DNA of 64,000 nucleotides from Takakia lepidozioides (Eukaryota > Plantae > Bryophyta). The notes under the pieces were generated by a model. It was given only the letters and a program-made list of their open reading frames with translations, ran no database searches and was not told the origin of the DNA. Below, one piece after another: positions 32,073 through 45,643 of the stretch. Location of the stretch: positions 45,260,001 through 45,324,000 of the forward strand of contig CM060733.1 in NCBI GenBank assembly GCA_030704615.1. The letters run 5' to 3'. Position 1 is the stretch's first letter, and each line of letters starts with the position of its first letter. The position numbers and the translations under genes were made by a program.

Positions 32073-35000
32073 ATGCACAGGTCCCAGATATGGAGCGGTT
32101 TTTGCGTGGTTGGGCGTTTTGCTTGGACCATGGACGTGTGCAAGCGATGGTGGACCAACTCCAGGACTGTGCCGTGCTGCAGCCTAACACAGCTTTCGTC
32201 TTCCGGTGATTGCAACCAGCTGCGGGTTCCAGGCCAATCTCGGCCTGCTACATTGTCAAGCTTCCAAAGGCCCGAGGGGTTTCTTCCCTTGTTGCAGCAG
32301 GCTCACTATTATTTCTGCATTGGCGTAATCCCAACCGCTTCCGCATCTCCAGAGCTGGATAAGTGGGTGGACGTAGCTGTAGAAACCAGGTTCGCAACGT
32401 TCTTAGCCTACTTTCACTTGATCCATACAGTGGGAAAGGTGTAGGAAAGAAAGTGGGACTCTTCAAAGACTTAGTAAGGGCTGAGGCGTAGATTTGGTAA
32501 TAATGCAGGACGTGGACTTGGCGTAATTACAATATTCGCTATCAGAGGGCGGGGGACAACGGTCCAGCGTTGGTGCTCATCCATGGATTTGGTGCCAATT
32601 GGTATCTTTCAAACCAAATTAACCAGATTGGTACTCTTTTGACATGTTATTGTTTTTGGGGATGAACTCTCGCCAAGAAACTGGGGAATGCGTGCGAATT
32701 TTACGGGCTTTGACTTTGTTCGCTTTTCTTTCAATTGATTCTCCACTGTTTGTGCTGATGAGGGTAGATTGTTCAGAAGCTCCAGTTAGAGTTGTCCGGA
32801 GGTGGACTTGAATCGAAAGTGTGTTTGTCCTTTTGTGGAGCGAAAATTTTGCCGTTGGCGAGGGCAATTGAAAGGGATGAAGAGGTGGGAGGGGACGTGC
32901 GGACTAAAGGTCAAATTCCCATCAAAGGAGTATAGGGAGGAGTCCACTGAGAGACAGGAGACAGTGAGAAAGTTGCCCTTTTTGTTTATTTTCAAGATTG
33001 TAGCAAGCCAAGTGAAGGTAGATGCTACAGTGTTTCATGACAGGGGCATGCCTACAACCTCCTAACACTGCTGTTTCTTTCCCCCACAGTGATCACTGGC
33101 GGAAAAACATACCTGTCCTGGCTAGGTCACACAGAGTGTATGCTATTGATCTCTTGGGCTATGGCTTCTCGGACAAACCCAGCCCCCTGAACAAACCTCC
33201 TAACACAATCTACACGTTTGAGACATGGGCCAGCCAAGTTCTGAACTTCTGTTCAGATGTTGTAAACGACAGTGCATTCCTCATTTGTAATTCTGTTGGA
33301 GGTATTTGCTCAATCTCTACTTTCATTTCCAATACTGCAATGCTTGGGCCTTCGTAAGGTGCCTCAGTAATACTGTGCAGCTAGACAATCCTACCTGTCA
33401 GTAAATGATGAATCGGAAGATCATATCTCCTTGAGTAGACCACATCAGCTAAGACTAGGAAATCAGGAAACTGGCATAAACAAGGCCCCTAGGCCCAGTG
33501 GGGAGAGAGTTGGAGGGACTGGCTCAGAGTAGGAAAGGGGAATATGAGGAAGGCAGGAAGTAGTGAGTGAGCACTGAAAGAAAGAGGGACGGGTGGCACT
33601 CCTTTGGAGCCTCGCTGGACACATACTTGCAGCACCTTACACAAATCAGCCATTACATATCACCCCACACTGTTGTTTTAACGGTTTGAGAACCCAGATT
33701 TAATCTTAATTCTACCATACAATGTGCAATCTTTGATCTTCTGCCAGACTTCCTGATTATACATCACAACCTGCATCATGCTATTTAATCAATGTCACTG
33801 TAACTGATAGTGTTTGTGGCGGGTTGGTTGCCAGGTGTAGTGGGGCTACAAGCTGCTTTAATGGAACCTAATACTGTAAGAGGGCTGCTATTGCTCAATG
33901 TGTCATTGCGCATGCTTCACATCAAGAAGCAACGTTGGTATGTTCGCCCATTTGTCAAAACTCTCCAGGATGTCTTACGGTGAGTGGTATTCTCCTTTGG
34001 CACTTACAGGTTCCCAATTTTCCTAGTATGAGTCTGTTCTTTCACTGACTATAAGCTGTATACTTTCCATTCTTTATAGCGCGATCTTCTGTTTCAGCAG
34101 CCGAACCAATCCTCTTTCTTATCATTTTTGGAGAACTACGTGATTAATGCCTTGCCACCAAACGTCAATAAATCTTTGCATCTGAGACTGTTGGCGTGTC
34201 TTCACTAGCCTGGTGGCGATAGTGGGCTGGAATTAATAACTGTATCACTTATCTCAGTGATCTCCAGGAGGGTTAATGCAAGATGGCAACATGCCATAGG
34301 AGGCCAGATATCGTCAGCTTTATTCAGTGAAACTTTGCTTAATAGACTCGGAGTTACTTAATTTGTGGTCTCTATTGTTTAGAGAGGGAAGTGGGTTTGG
34401 TCCTACTTTGAATGGAGTATAGTAAGAACGTTTTCCGCTCTCCATTTTCCTTCAATTGATTATTCAATATCTTAATCTGGCAGAAACACAGACATAGGGC
34501 AACGGTTTTTTCGCTCGGTTGCTAAACCACAAGCAGTGAAGAGAATTCTTTGTGAGGTGTGGACCCAATACACTTAGATCATTTCTTCATGTTCCCATAC
34601 CTCTTATAGCTCTTACTCCATCTCTCTCCCCTCTGCCATCCTTCATGGAGGAACTGACACTGGTTGGGTTAGTCATGTCGGGAATATTGGTCTCATGATG
34701 TCAGTAATTCAGTACCACAATCTGAGTTTGGTACCAGGAGTGATTGTGATTAATGCCACACTCAAAACCAGCTAGGCAGAACATATTTACAAAGTGGTTA
34801 TTGTTGGCTCCAAGGAGGGAGCCAACTGGTAGATCCCACTGGGCTATGTCCAAAAGGCCTGTTGTCACTTAATGAGTGCATACTTGTGCATCTGGCACTT
34901 GTTTTGGAGACCCACGGGATAGGTCAACATTGATCAATGGAACTGTGGTTATCCCCCATGTATTAAAAATGCATTTGGAAGCTGTGTATGGATGCAGTGT

Positions 35001-36551
35001 TACCATGATGACAGTGCCGTGACGGATGAGTTGGTTGAGAAGATACTGCAACCAGGTCTACAGCCTGGGGCAGTTGATGTGTTTTTGGATTTTATTTGCT
35101 ACTCTCTTGGCCCTCTTCCAGAAGAAATGCTTCCTCAGATGAAGGTACCATGGACACTGCTGTGCAACTGCAGAAGTTGAGTAGAAGAGGAATTGAGTGT
35201 GCAGCTGTTACACTTGCCTCGGCAGAAATAATGAATTTCACCTCCTTTGTTTTGGCTTAATGTTCTAGAAAGCCACATCCTATCTAATCTGGGCAGGTGT
35301 ATCTATTGATGTCTTTGTAAGGATGATCCAAGCATTTCATTGGTTACGTTTCTCTGCAGTGTCCCGTGCTGATTGCCTGGGGTGAAAAGGACCCATGGGA
35401 ACCAGTGGCTTTGGGCAGAGCTTATGGAACTTTTGACACGGTCGAGGATTTCATTGTCTTCCCTGACGTCGGTCACTGTCCACAGGTATGTGTGCTTCTA
35501 CTTCAGCAGATGCTGTACCCTTGTGTTTACAGAGCACATTGGATGCTCTCCCTTTCTTTATGTTTTTGAATGTCCCAGTTGTGCGTTGCCTGTAACTGTA
35601 TATGAAAGAGTTCATATACCATATTTGGAGTGCTAGCATTGCAGAAAAGCAGGAAACAAGACCAGTGTCTGCTCTGCTTATCCTGCACAGATGTTTGCAT
35701 ATGTTCTTGAAGTGTAGCCATAAAAAAATTCTGGTACTGCCAAAATTCTTAAGGGAACAATGAATGTAATTACCCTTGGTGGGAAACATAATGGGGCAAG
35801 TCTTCTTTGGCTGTATCCTTGGGTTGCAGTCCTCTTTCACTTCCCCCCCTGTGACACACTCTCTCTTTTCCCTGCTTACTCTCAGTATCTTACACCTCAA
35901 CAGGGAAGGCTTGTGCATTTTTCATTTAACCTTACAATAGGTATTAGAAGTCTGCATGTTGATCTGCGGAGGAAAAGTGGAATTTGGCGAGGAACCCATA
36001 CCCTTCATCTTCGATTAAATGTCATTCCACCATCTATCTCACGCCTTTGATGATTGAGATTTGTTGGGGCTGACTATGTTAGTTACTTATTTTTGTAATT
36101 GTCGATGTGTTCTCCTCGCTACATTATTGGCTTTTCTCTCATGTCCTACCGATGCGATAATCTTTTTTTTAATTTTGTTCCCTCTACGTATTCTTTCTCC
36201 TTACTCTCCCTTTACTATCATCTTCCTTCACCTAATTAGTTTTCCTTCACATTTCGGTAGATTTGGGAAGACAGGTGAAATTATGGAAAAAACCCTCTGT
36301 CAGGTTCTTTAGTTCCATCTGCAAATCCCATGTAGATACATAGCTACTGCCTTTGGAAGATGGGAGAACATTTATAGAAGTGAAGTGGTGGACACAAGAC
36401 TACCAGAGGAGACTGGTTTATGGATGAGTTGCCAGTTTGGCAAGTGCAGACTAATTACTATGTTGTTCTGGTCTGACAGGATGAGGCACCTCACTTGGTG
36501 AATCCATTGGTGGAGCAGTTTGTGGCTCGTCATGCCATAAGACAATCTTAG
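32073..36551 (+). CDS. Alpha/beta-hydrolase fold protein, pheophytinase-like family, probable plastid transit peptide; 8 exons
   Basis: Exons ~32073-32389, 32509-32601, 33090-33301, 33835-33979, 34484-34556, 34998-35144, 35360-35485 and 36480-36551, with GT-AG borders. Motifs LIHGFGAN, AIDLLGYGFSDKP, CNSVGG (Ser), WGEKDPWE (Asp), GHCPQDEAP (His). Confidence 0.9.
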
Positions 36552-36752
36552 TATCCATAACCTAACCCGCACAAATGGAACAACATTTAGTCCAAACAAG
36601 TAGTCACCCGTTTCTCTGTGATGTCAGAGGCCCTGAAAAGCCCTTTGCTATTACTACCTCATATTGGCTTCGCAACGTTTGTTGTTTTCCTTCCTGATGT
36701 TTTAGACACCGTGTAGCAGTATTGAGTAGCTAGGCAATGTGAATCATGCTAA

Positions 36753-36941
36753 TTAGGAGAAATTTAGGATCTTGAAATTTAGGATCTCGGATATCAAGTC
36801 TTGAAGGAAGTTCTTAGGGGCCCGCCACCTTTGGTCACTTGATATAACCTGCAGCCTCACACACTCCTCTGGAGAACTCAAAGAAGAATTCCCAGTTGCA
36901 AAGCAAGTGACTGAGAAATCAATATAGCCGCGGCTGGCCAT
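36753..36941 (-). pseudogene. Fragment paralogous to the N-terminal domain of the genes at 45.6-53 kb
   Basis: YIDFSVTCFATG..VRLQVI..W.AP versus YPDFSVTCFSSG..VRLQVL..WSP and YPKFSVTCFASG..VKLQVL..WSP. Confidence 0.7.
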
Positions 36942-39900
36942 GCTTTTGGGTGATCAGGCTGGGGCATATTTCGGCCTCAAACAGCCCCCCCCCCCGGGTA
37001 AGGGATTGGCCTGGTGATGCTTGATTCACCTGATTTTTGGGTGTTGGACATGATATTATCTTAAGCATGGTCGACAACCACCTTGAAACTATTGATCGTC
37101 AACTCACAAATCGAGAGTCGAGCTCAAGAAGAGATTTTGTGTAGGCCTCACCCTGCGTAAAGAAACAGCAAGGATTTCGGATTTTGATGGCTGATTCATG
37201 ACAGTGTGCAGCTGCCTGCTTATTTTTCACCTAGGTCCGAGGGATACTGGGCCCACTGGTTGAGGTGTTTTAGGCAACTCCACCCAGCTGGGGAAAGCTG
37301 CTGCTGATGCTGTTGTCATTCGTTTCATTTGCAATTTGCTACCTGGCAATGAAGGCTTCAGAACCCATGGTTCAAGTAGCCATCTTGGCAACTGAGAGTC
37401 AGCAGGACATCATGGAATAGAGAGGGAGGAGCAGATGATGTTGAATCTTGCCACAGAGCTTGTCAAGCTCTAGGAACATTGTTATATCAGTTGTTTCAAT
37501 GCTAGTTGCTACTACCCTACTGTTCCTGTCTAGCATCTTCAGACCCCTTCCGCCGCTTGACTCCTGAAATTGGGAGGATGGTACAAGCTAGTCAAAGTAG
37601 AATTAGAGTACCAAAGTTTAGTTCAAAGAGAATCTCTTGACAAGATTTCTTGGGGCTATGAAAAGATCAAAGCTTATTGAGTAGATATAAAACTAGATCC
37701 AGGAGTTCGCCCATTCTTTCTTTCTAATCATCGTGTTGGCAGATGTTAGCAATCTTGTGACAAAGAGCGAGATTTGACTTGGACAGTAACATGGAAGTGG
37801 CGGTCAATCATAGTGGGGGTAAGCCTTCCAAGTGGTACTGGCCTAACCAAAGCACTATTGAAATTACTGAGAGACTTTCTTGCAATTCACTAGCCGAAGA
37901 AAGCTATCCATTGTTTCCTGGGAACTTCAATTGAATAGCTCTTGTGACCATGCCACTGCGTCCTAATTTCAGTTTCCAGATCAGATCTTTAGAAAATGAA
38001 GAGCCAAGAGTTATGTCACCATATCCTTTACAATTTTAGCTCCAGGGCGCAACCAGCCAACTTCCAACAACTTTAGAGCAATTTGCAGCAAAATTGGGGT
38101 CTTGTAGTGCATGGCATTGAATACAATTTGCGCGAACTGTAACTCCTACACTGAATCCAACCTATCTAGGATTATTCACCAGAAATATCAAATGTGTGTG
38201 AAGGTGAGGAATCTAAGTAGTCTAGATTGTTCTTGAAAATGGTGTACACATCGACATTTACCAACAGATGCAAAAGCATACAAAAAATCCCGATCACGTT
38301 GAGCAACCACATTGAGCATTTAGGCTCTTCACTTTGATGGATGATGAGAGCAAGCCTGAAAGGCAACAAAGCACATACAAGAAAAACACAATGAAACAAC
38401 CCCTTCCACCCAACGTATTCATATTGGGCCTACTATGTTTATGCTAATCTCTACACCCTTAACAAGGTATTTTAGAATGGTGCCAATGTGTGCAGGTCAG
38501 ATCACTAAGGCAATGTGCCTTTGGCAAAACGCCACGCCCATTTGACCAACAACCAAAAACTCCAAACAGCTAAAGCTACACCAATGGGTTTGATAAAAAC
38601 CACTATTCTCTCTTGAGTGGAAGTGTGACAGAGTAATGCGTTGTGTGAAATAGCTATGATTGCAAAAAAAAAAGGAAAACGGTCTAGCTATCCTTCTTTG
38701 ATGCTGTTGTCTACTCCGTCAATCTTTTCGTTCATCCTATCAAGCCTCTCGTCCATCTTTTTGTCCATCCTATCAAGCTTCTCACTGAAGCATGAAAGAG
38801 AATTCGCCAACTTCTCCTCTGCACTTGACTCAACAGAGTTCCCACCTGAAAGAGAGCACCTGTTTGGAATCCCATATGTTGGCTGCAGGGGACGTTACCC
38901 ATCCTCAACCACCCCTCTTCTTCCCTTCATCTTTTCTACAGCACACTGCATTGCCAACACCATTTGCACAATCTTAATCCACAATTTTTCAATTTCTTTT
39001 AACTGCAACCCCTAGAGAGAGTCCAAGGATGAAATTCGAAAAGAATTTGCCAGTGAAGAGTTGGCACTTCTGGAAAGAGAGTCACACCCCTATACATCCA
39101 TCCCATGTCTTTGTCACTCCAATGTTTTTTTCTTTCACAGATGCCTCTACTTGTAGTCCGCATCACGCATCACGTCAAGCACTCACTCAACCTCCTCCAT
39201 CCACTCTTAGAACTAATATGAATGAGAAGTATATAGGGTGCAACAGACAAAGGTGTGCATACTTGCCACTCTTTTCGCGATTGGAAATCAGCAGTGCTCT
39301 GATTGTGAATAAAGTGAATGCAATCCTCCCCCGTCACTACCCAACATTCCACTTAACAAAGTTAGTCCTCACAATGTCCATATCCATAGCAGCGTTTTTA
39401 TTTCTGACAAAATTTCGCACTTTTTCGACCTCCAAAAAAAAAATCGAATATTCTGTTGTAAATTCCCTATTTTCTCATGGATGAAATCGCCAAACTTCTC
39501 CAAAAAATAAATAAATCTTGGATGAATTTGCCTAATATGGATGATATACATGGATGAAAGTACAGAGGAGGAGGATTCTGTCCAGATTCAGTGGATGAAC
39601 AGAAATATGGCTATTTCCTGCAAAACTCAGGAGCCATTTATGTTATTTTCCAAATTTGAAAAAAAAACACTCGTCCATAGAGAAGTGGACGAATAAAGAA
39701 AAACTTACATGACAGCATGGTCCACCAAATGATCAACAAACACATTGTATACTACTTCCACAAAAGGAAATCTTATTATGTCATGACAATCTATATACTA
39801 ATCTGCTCAGTACAAAAAGGCCTAACCTGCTTGATTGTCCCCAAGTCAGTAACATAGCTCGCAGCCTGCCAAAGTGGGACATTTCCACAACCTGCCACAT

Positions 39901-40139
39901 GTCCCACCCACCATAACCTTCAGAGTCATACAATATATATAATTAACTGCTCGCTATCCTAAAGACATGCTAGAGAGACAAAATCCAGAAGGGTACCCAC
40001 ACCAACACCTAAGTCAGCAGCTACAAGTGTTCCAAAGGTCTAAACTATGCCCTCATCATAGAAAAGGGCACCCATGTCACTCATAATGGCATGCTCCTCT
40101 TTTGCCAGAAGTAACGCAAACCGCAAAAGCCAACACAAC

Positions 40140-41010
40140 ATGCAAGTCCTCCATTCCTAAACATACCTTAGCGTTGAGTTCTCCTCGAACGTAATTGGGA
40201 TGCATATTCAAAAAGTTGTTCAATCTAGCAAGCGCAAAGTGTCAGTCACTGCAGAGGGATCAACTCTGAAGTAAGAAAAACCATGTTTTGTCGGGTTGTT
40301 AGGCCTTGGAGTAGGTATTTGCAACATGGGTTGATAATTCCAACCTGGCTAAGTCTCTCGAATCCATTCAAGTGGGGCTTAAGGAATGCATGTCAGCATG
40401 CTCCAAAACAACCAATGTGGCGGTTTAGGCTGAGTTTGGCATCCATCTCTTAAGCTCCCGACGAGATGAATTCAAGGTCAGATGGTGGGGCCAGTTGCAA
40501 CAATGGCTAATATCATATATCCTAAGTTAATAGATTTTATATTTTGGAAGCAGGATCGACGCCCTATCAAACAGACGAAGTCCTGACGGAAGAAAATAGA
40601 AGAGATTCTTAAGGATCTGAATCTAAGTCCGCAAGTCTTGACCCTGCTGGATAAATCTGACTTTGAGGTTGTAGTGTCCAAAGCCATGTCTGTTGCCAAG
40701 AAACCAGTTTTGTACATTTGGGCCATGACAGTTTAAGTGATGTCCGGCAACCATGTATGTTGGCATTTAGTCTTGCTCATATGCAGGTGTGCCGTGACGG
40801 TCTCCAATTTGAATGCAATATTCCATTTCCTGACTTGTCGTCGTGTCCGTCCACCTTCTATGTGTATGTGTGATGGTCTTTGGTCTCCCTGTTGCCTCGT
40901 CTATTTGGTTCATTAGCGTGATGTTGTGCATGCATCGTGGTCTGTGTTCTGAGTGTCGCCCAGTATCATTGCTTCTCAATTCCCCCTGCATATGGGTGAA
41001 CCACTAAAAT
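40140..41010 (-). pseudogene. Possible highly decayed C5 DNA-methyltransferase-like remnant
   Basis: Motif-like strings in the expected order across frames: VVHPYAGGI (I), LPDIT (III), DMAL..SDLS..GL..SSIFF (IV-V region), GYMI (VI region), MDAK..LFWSML (VIII), LGM.DL..WLL (X). The catalytic PC and ENV are not present. Confidence 0.3.
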
Positions 41011-41189
41011 CAGTAGAATGCATCAGAACCATATTTTCAGCTTAGAATGCAAGTCAGTTGGACAACTCACACAAACCACTACAAGTGCTCATTTGCAGTG
41101 CTTTCCTACTGTAGTGCAACCAACTAGCATAGTGGCAGCGGAGTTGGCCAAAGCAGTCCCGAGATGGCACAAGCACTCTGCGTCTTTCC

Positions 41190-41570
41190 ATTAGCAGTCG
41201 TACCCCTTACTGCCATTGCGTGGGAACGACGCCACGCGTCGACCCACACACTCTCCACGTGGTCCCCGTGGATTCGTCTGCCGGCAGTTGTGCAGTCGAC
41301 TTCGCCAGTGGCTGTTGCCACGTGACATGCAGCACTCCAAGTTATGTGGCCGACTGCGATGTGGCATCTTGAGCCCGTGGCCACGCGGCGGCATTACCGC
41401 TCGTCGCGGCTCCGCCACATCGGCATCCACGTCCGCATCCACGTCCGCGTCCATGTGTCACCGTGCCCCGGGTGAGTCAGTCCACTCATCCGGAGGGAAA
41501 AGTCAAAGTCAGCTCAAAACATCAGACACACGGGCGGCCCGCCTGGTTACGCCACGTGGTTCTTCAGCAT
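41190..41570. repeat. GC-rich, CCACGT/GCCAC-rich palindromic segment, possible DNA-transposon terminus
   Basis: Many ccacgt/gccacg words and a tccacgtccgc tandem; shares gccattgcgt with the end of element A (5441-5450). Confidence 0.35.
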
Positions 41571-41720
41571 TAATCGCATTAATTGCTGAGCAGTTGTTCG
41601 CGCGTCTACGTCTTTTACCACTCCAATCATTGGATGTCCAACCCAACTACCACGTCTGTTGTAACTTCCAGTCGATCCCTGTTTTTTGACTTTTACGACT
41701 CAAAATGAGTCGTTACCCCA

Positions 41721-44333
41721 GTGGTAAATGACACGAATGCTTCTAGTGCTTACTCTTTATTATTGGGACGTCTTTGGCTGAAACATGCCAGGGTATTCCA
41801 TGACTGGAATTCTCAGTTACTAACTGTGCATAATGGGATGCACGAGATACAAATTACCACTAAGAAATCTAGTAGATTACCTGCTACGAGAAGACCTCGA
41901 GGGGTCAGAGAGTATGACTGGAGGGGAGGACTGGATGAGGAGCAGGAAGCTACCCTGTTCGCTGCACACCCAGAGTGGGTGCATGTTGTAGAGATGCGGC
42001 TGGAAGGCCTAAGTTGTTTAAGAGGTATCTGCTGTGGTGTAGTGTTAGCAACACCAATTGAAGAGGAAACCAGCAGTTACCCATCACATTTCTATGAAGA
42101 AAGAGAAGGAGAAATGGAAATCCTAGAGGAACCAGCCACTGTGAGTTTATAGGATGAAGTGGTGACTGATTGGACAATCACAGCTGATGAGCAAGTGAGG
42201 GAAGTGAATGTGGGAACTGAAGAGGAACCGAGGATGGTGGAGGTAGGAGCTGATTTGGAGCCAAAATTCTTTGAAGAAGCTAAGAGTTTGTTCATCAAAT
42301 ACAGAGATGTATTTGCTTGGAGCTACGAGGATCTAAAAGGGATATCACCTGAAATCTGTCAGCATAAGATTGAACTGGAACCAGGGTCAGTACCAATCAA
42401 GCAGGCAAGGTACAGAATGAATCCCAACTATGCACAGAAGGTTGGAGAAGAGATCAAGAAGTTGGTTGAGGCTAAGTTTATATACCCAATAGAGTATACA
42501 ACTTGGTTGTCACCCATTGTGATAGTTCCCAAGAAGAATGGTAAACTGAGAGTTTGTGTGAACTATAAGAAGTTGAATGCTTGCACGAAGAAATATCCAT
42601 TTCCCTTGCCATTCACAGAAGCAGTATTGGACACTGTGGCATGCCATGAGATGTACTCATTCATGGATGGCTTCAGTGGTTATAATCAAGTGCAAGTGGC
42701 AGAAGAAGACCAGGGAAAGACAGCTTTCATCACAGACTGGGGTGCTTATGCATACAAAGTCATGCCCTTTGGACTTTGTAATGCACCAGCAACCTTTCAG
42801 AGAGTGATAAGTGAATCTTTTCATGAGTATCTGGATGATTTCATGCAGGTATTCTTGGATGATTTCAGTGTGTACAACTCTAAGAATAAGCACTTGCATA
42901 AGTTGGAGTTATGTCTGGCCAGATGCAGAATGAGAGGTCTGGGCCTGAATCCAGAGAAATGTACTTTCTGTGTGAACTCATGGGTGCTTCTGGGACACAT
43001 TGTGTGTAAGAGGGGACTTCTTGTGGATCCCAGGAAGACAGAGGCCATTAAAGCCTCTCCACCACTAGTAAATGTTAAGAGTCTAAGGAGATTCCTTGGG
43101 CAAACCAGTTATTACAGAAGATTTGTCAGACGGTATGCACAGATAGCAGCACCATTGAGCAAGCTTATGAAGAAAGATGCAGTGTTTGCATGGACACCTG
43201 AATGTCAACAGGCTTTTGAGGAACTTACATTGTCAGTAACAACTACACCTGTGCTGATTAATCCTCACTGGCAGGAAATATTTCATGTTCACTGTGATGC
43301 TTCAGGAGAAGCACTGGGAGCAGTGTTAGCCCAAAATGTTACAGAAAGGATAGATTCACCTATGTACTATGCTAGCCGATTGATGAACAATGTTGAAAGA
43401 AATTATAGCACAACGGAAAGAGAAGCATTGGCAATGATCTATGCAGTGAAGAAATTCAGGCATTACCTGTTGGGCAAGAAGTTTATGTTCTATGTGGATC
43501 ACCAGGCTCTGATATACCTGGTAAACAAACCTCTGATAAGCGGAAGAATAACAAGATGGTTGATAATCTTGCACGAGTTTGAGTTCGAGGTTGTTTACAA
43601 GCCTGGGAGGCTGCATCTTGTGGCGGATCACTTGTCACGGTTATCAACAGGAGAACCAGCCACGGGAGTAGATGATCAATTACCAGATGCGAGTCTATTT
43701 GCAGTGGAGGTGCAGGGAAGTGCAGATGACTGGTTAGATTGGCAGTGGCCAATCAGATACTACCTTGCTCATGGTCAGTGCCCACCAAGTTATGGAAAGG
43801 AGCAGAGAAAGAGAATTGCTATCAAGGCTCTACCTTACACTATGGTAGGGAGCAGAATGTATAAGCTAGGACCAGATGGAGTGCTGAAGCGATGCTTGTA
43901 CCACCATGAAGTAAATAAAGTTTTGGAGGAAGTTCATAAAGGAGTGGCTGGAGGTCATTTTGGAGAAGAGACTACCAGTAGGAAGATACTACTTGCAGGT
44001 TACTGGTGGCCTACTTTGTTCAAAGATGTACACAAGTATTGTCAGAGTTGTGATGAATGTCAGAGGCTAGGACCTTTGCAGAGATCTGGGAAGATGGCTT
44101 TGCATCCTACAATGCCTACGGAACCATTTCAGAAATGGGGACTAGACTTTGTTGGACCAATTAACCCACCAGCCAAAAATACACAGAATAGGTACATAAT
44201 TACAGCCACTGATTATACTACGAAGTGGGTGGAAGCTAAAGCTTTGAGGGACAACACAGCCAAGTCCACAGCAAAACCAGTAAGATTTCATATTAATTAC
44301 CTACGAGATCATGCGCAACTATTTGAGGTGTGA
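41721..44333 (+). mobile_element. Gypsy pol fragment: protease tail, RT, RNase H, truncated integrase
   Basis: ORF 42159-44333 (724 aa): [63 protein letters not shown]. One stop at ~42150; integrase homology ends at ~44277; no LTRs seen. Confidence 0.92.
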
Positions 44334-44489
44334 GAATGACGGCGTACGTTGATATCCACACAATGGCCGACTCTTGTACCTACTACTCAATGCGCATCCC
44401 CTTCTTCTCCTTCACTCTTATTCCACAGATCTCATATTGAAGTTCAGCCAACTGGTGTCTCAACAACTAAATCAATCTTTTTTTCTCGC

Positions 44490-44870
44490 GTTCAGGACTT
44501 TACATTACTAGAAATGAGGCTTTGCAATGCATTCTCAAATTTGAGGTAAATTCAATTCATCGATTTTACTGCAAGGCTTCAGATGACGTGAACTTCCTCT
44601 TGCATCTTTCTTCATTTTGCATTCAGGAGTGTCATACTAGAAATTGACTCACATAACTCGGAACTTGGAAGGCTTCAAATGCAATGAAATGTCAAATTTG
44701 AGATGAACTCGGTTGATCGATTTACGGCAAGACTTCAGATATATATCCACCAGGACGTGAACTTCCTCTTGAATCGTTCGTTCTGAATTCAGGGGTTTCG
44801 TACTAGAAGTTGTTCACTCGGAGGCTCTGCAATGAATTAACTAGTTTTAGGTAAACTGATTAGATCTCGG
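44490..44870. repeat. Three degenerate ~130-170 bp tandem units
   Basis: Recurring ttcagg..tactagaa, tgcaatg, aaatttgag and gacgtgaacttcctcttg. Confidence 0.6.
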
Positions 44871-45643
44871 CATATAATTCTATTTGGTAGAGCCTAACGA
44901 TGTGCCCAAATAGGCTCTCTTGAGCAATCGTGGCATGCCAACAAAAAGATCCAGCAGGTCCTGGAGGTTTTGACGTTTTGACATGAAGACATTTGCTTGT
45001 TCAAAAGTGCCCAAAAGGTTAAAGAAGTCGGTGACCTGCTTATTAGGTCGTCCAACGATTTGCCATCATGGCAAATCGTTTTCTGATTTCTGACGGACGG
45101 ATCGCGTCGTCCATTAGGGGTCAATAGTAGAGTTCGTCTTCAGTTTTCATGAAGCATGGATAGAACCACCCAGTCAAATGTTAGAGGTGACCAGGATCAC
45201 CAAGAAACAATTTGAGTTGAATATTGTTTGTGTGGGCCTCGGAGGCCAAAATCCCAGAGTAACTCGGCCAAGTGTTTTGTAAGAAGAAAAAATGAGATGG
45301 GACTTTCTTTTGCAAATGGGATTTCGGGCTTTGGTAGACATTTCCTGCCTCCCAGTTGCTTCTGAAGTCCTCCACTGAGGGTTCTTGGTTCTATTGAGTA
45401 AATCTCTTCCATTGAACCTCTGCTAGGAAAAAAAAATGGAAGGATGCATGCAGTATATGAATCTCCCAACTGCTGAATTGCCAGTAACTAGCACAAGAGG
45501 CTGACATGTCACCTGTTCTGACTGTATGAGCGTTCCGTAAAGTTTCATGAAGTGCTATAATTTGCAATTTATGATCTCGACGTGCATCACTAATTCTCGG
45601 GCTGAGCAATCTTTCCAAAGCTGGCAGGCATGGACTCATCTCT

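Noticed and set aside
36960-38100. Possible decayed gene remnant
   Set aside because: No consistent frame or recognisable motif.
38641-39015. Coiled-coil-like peptide on the minus strand (EKLDRMDKKMDERLDRMNEKIDG) and the + strand ORF
   Set aside because: Short, interrupted by stops, with no gene structure or recognisable family.
44894-45375. Fourth paralog fragment of family X (..PLGVNSRVRLQ..)
   Set aside because: Similarity is limited to a few residues and cannot be supported by eye.
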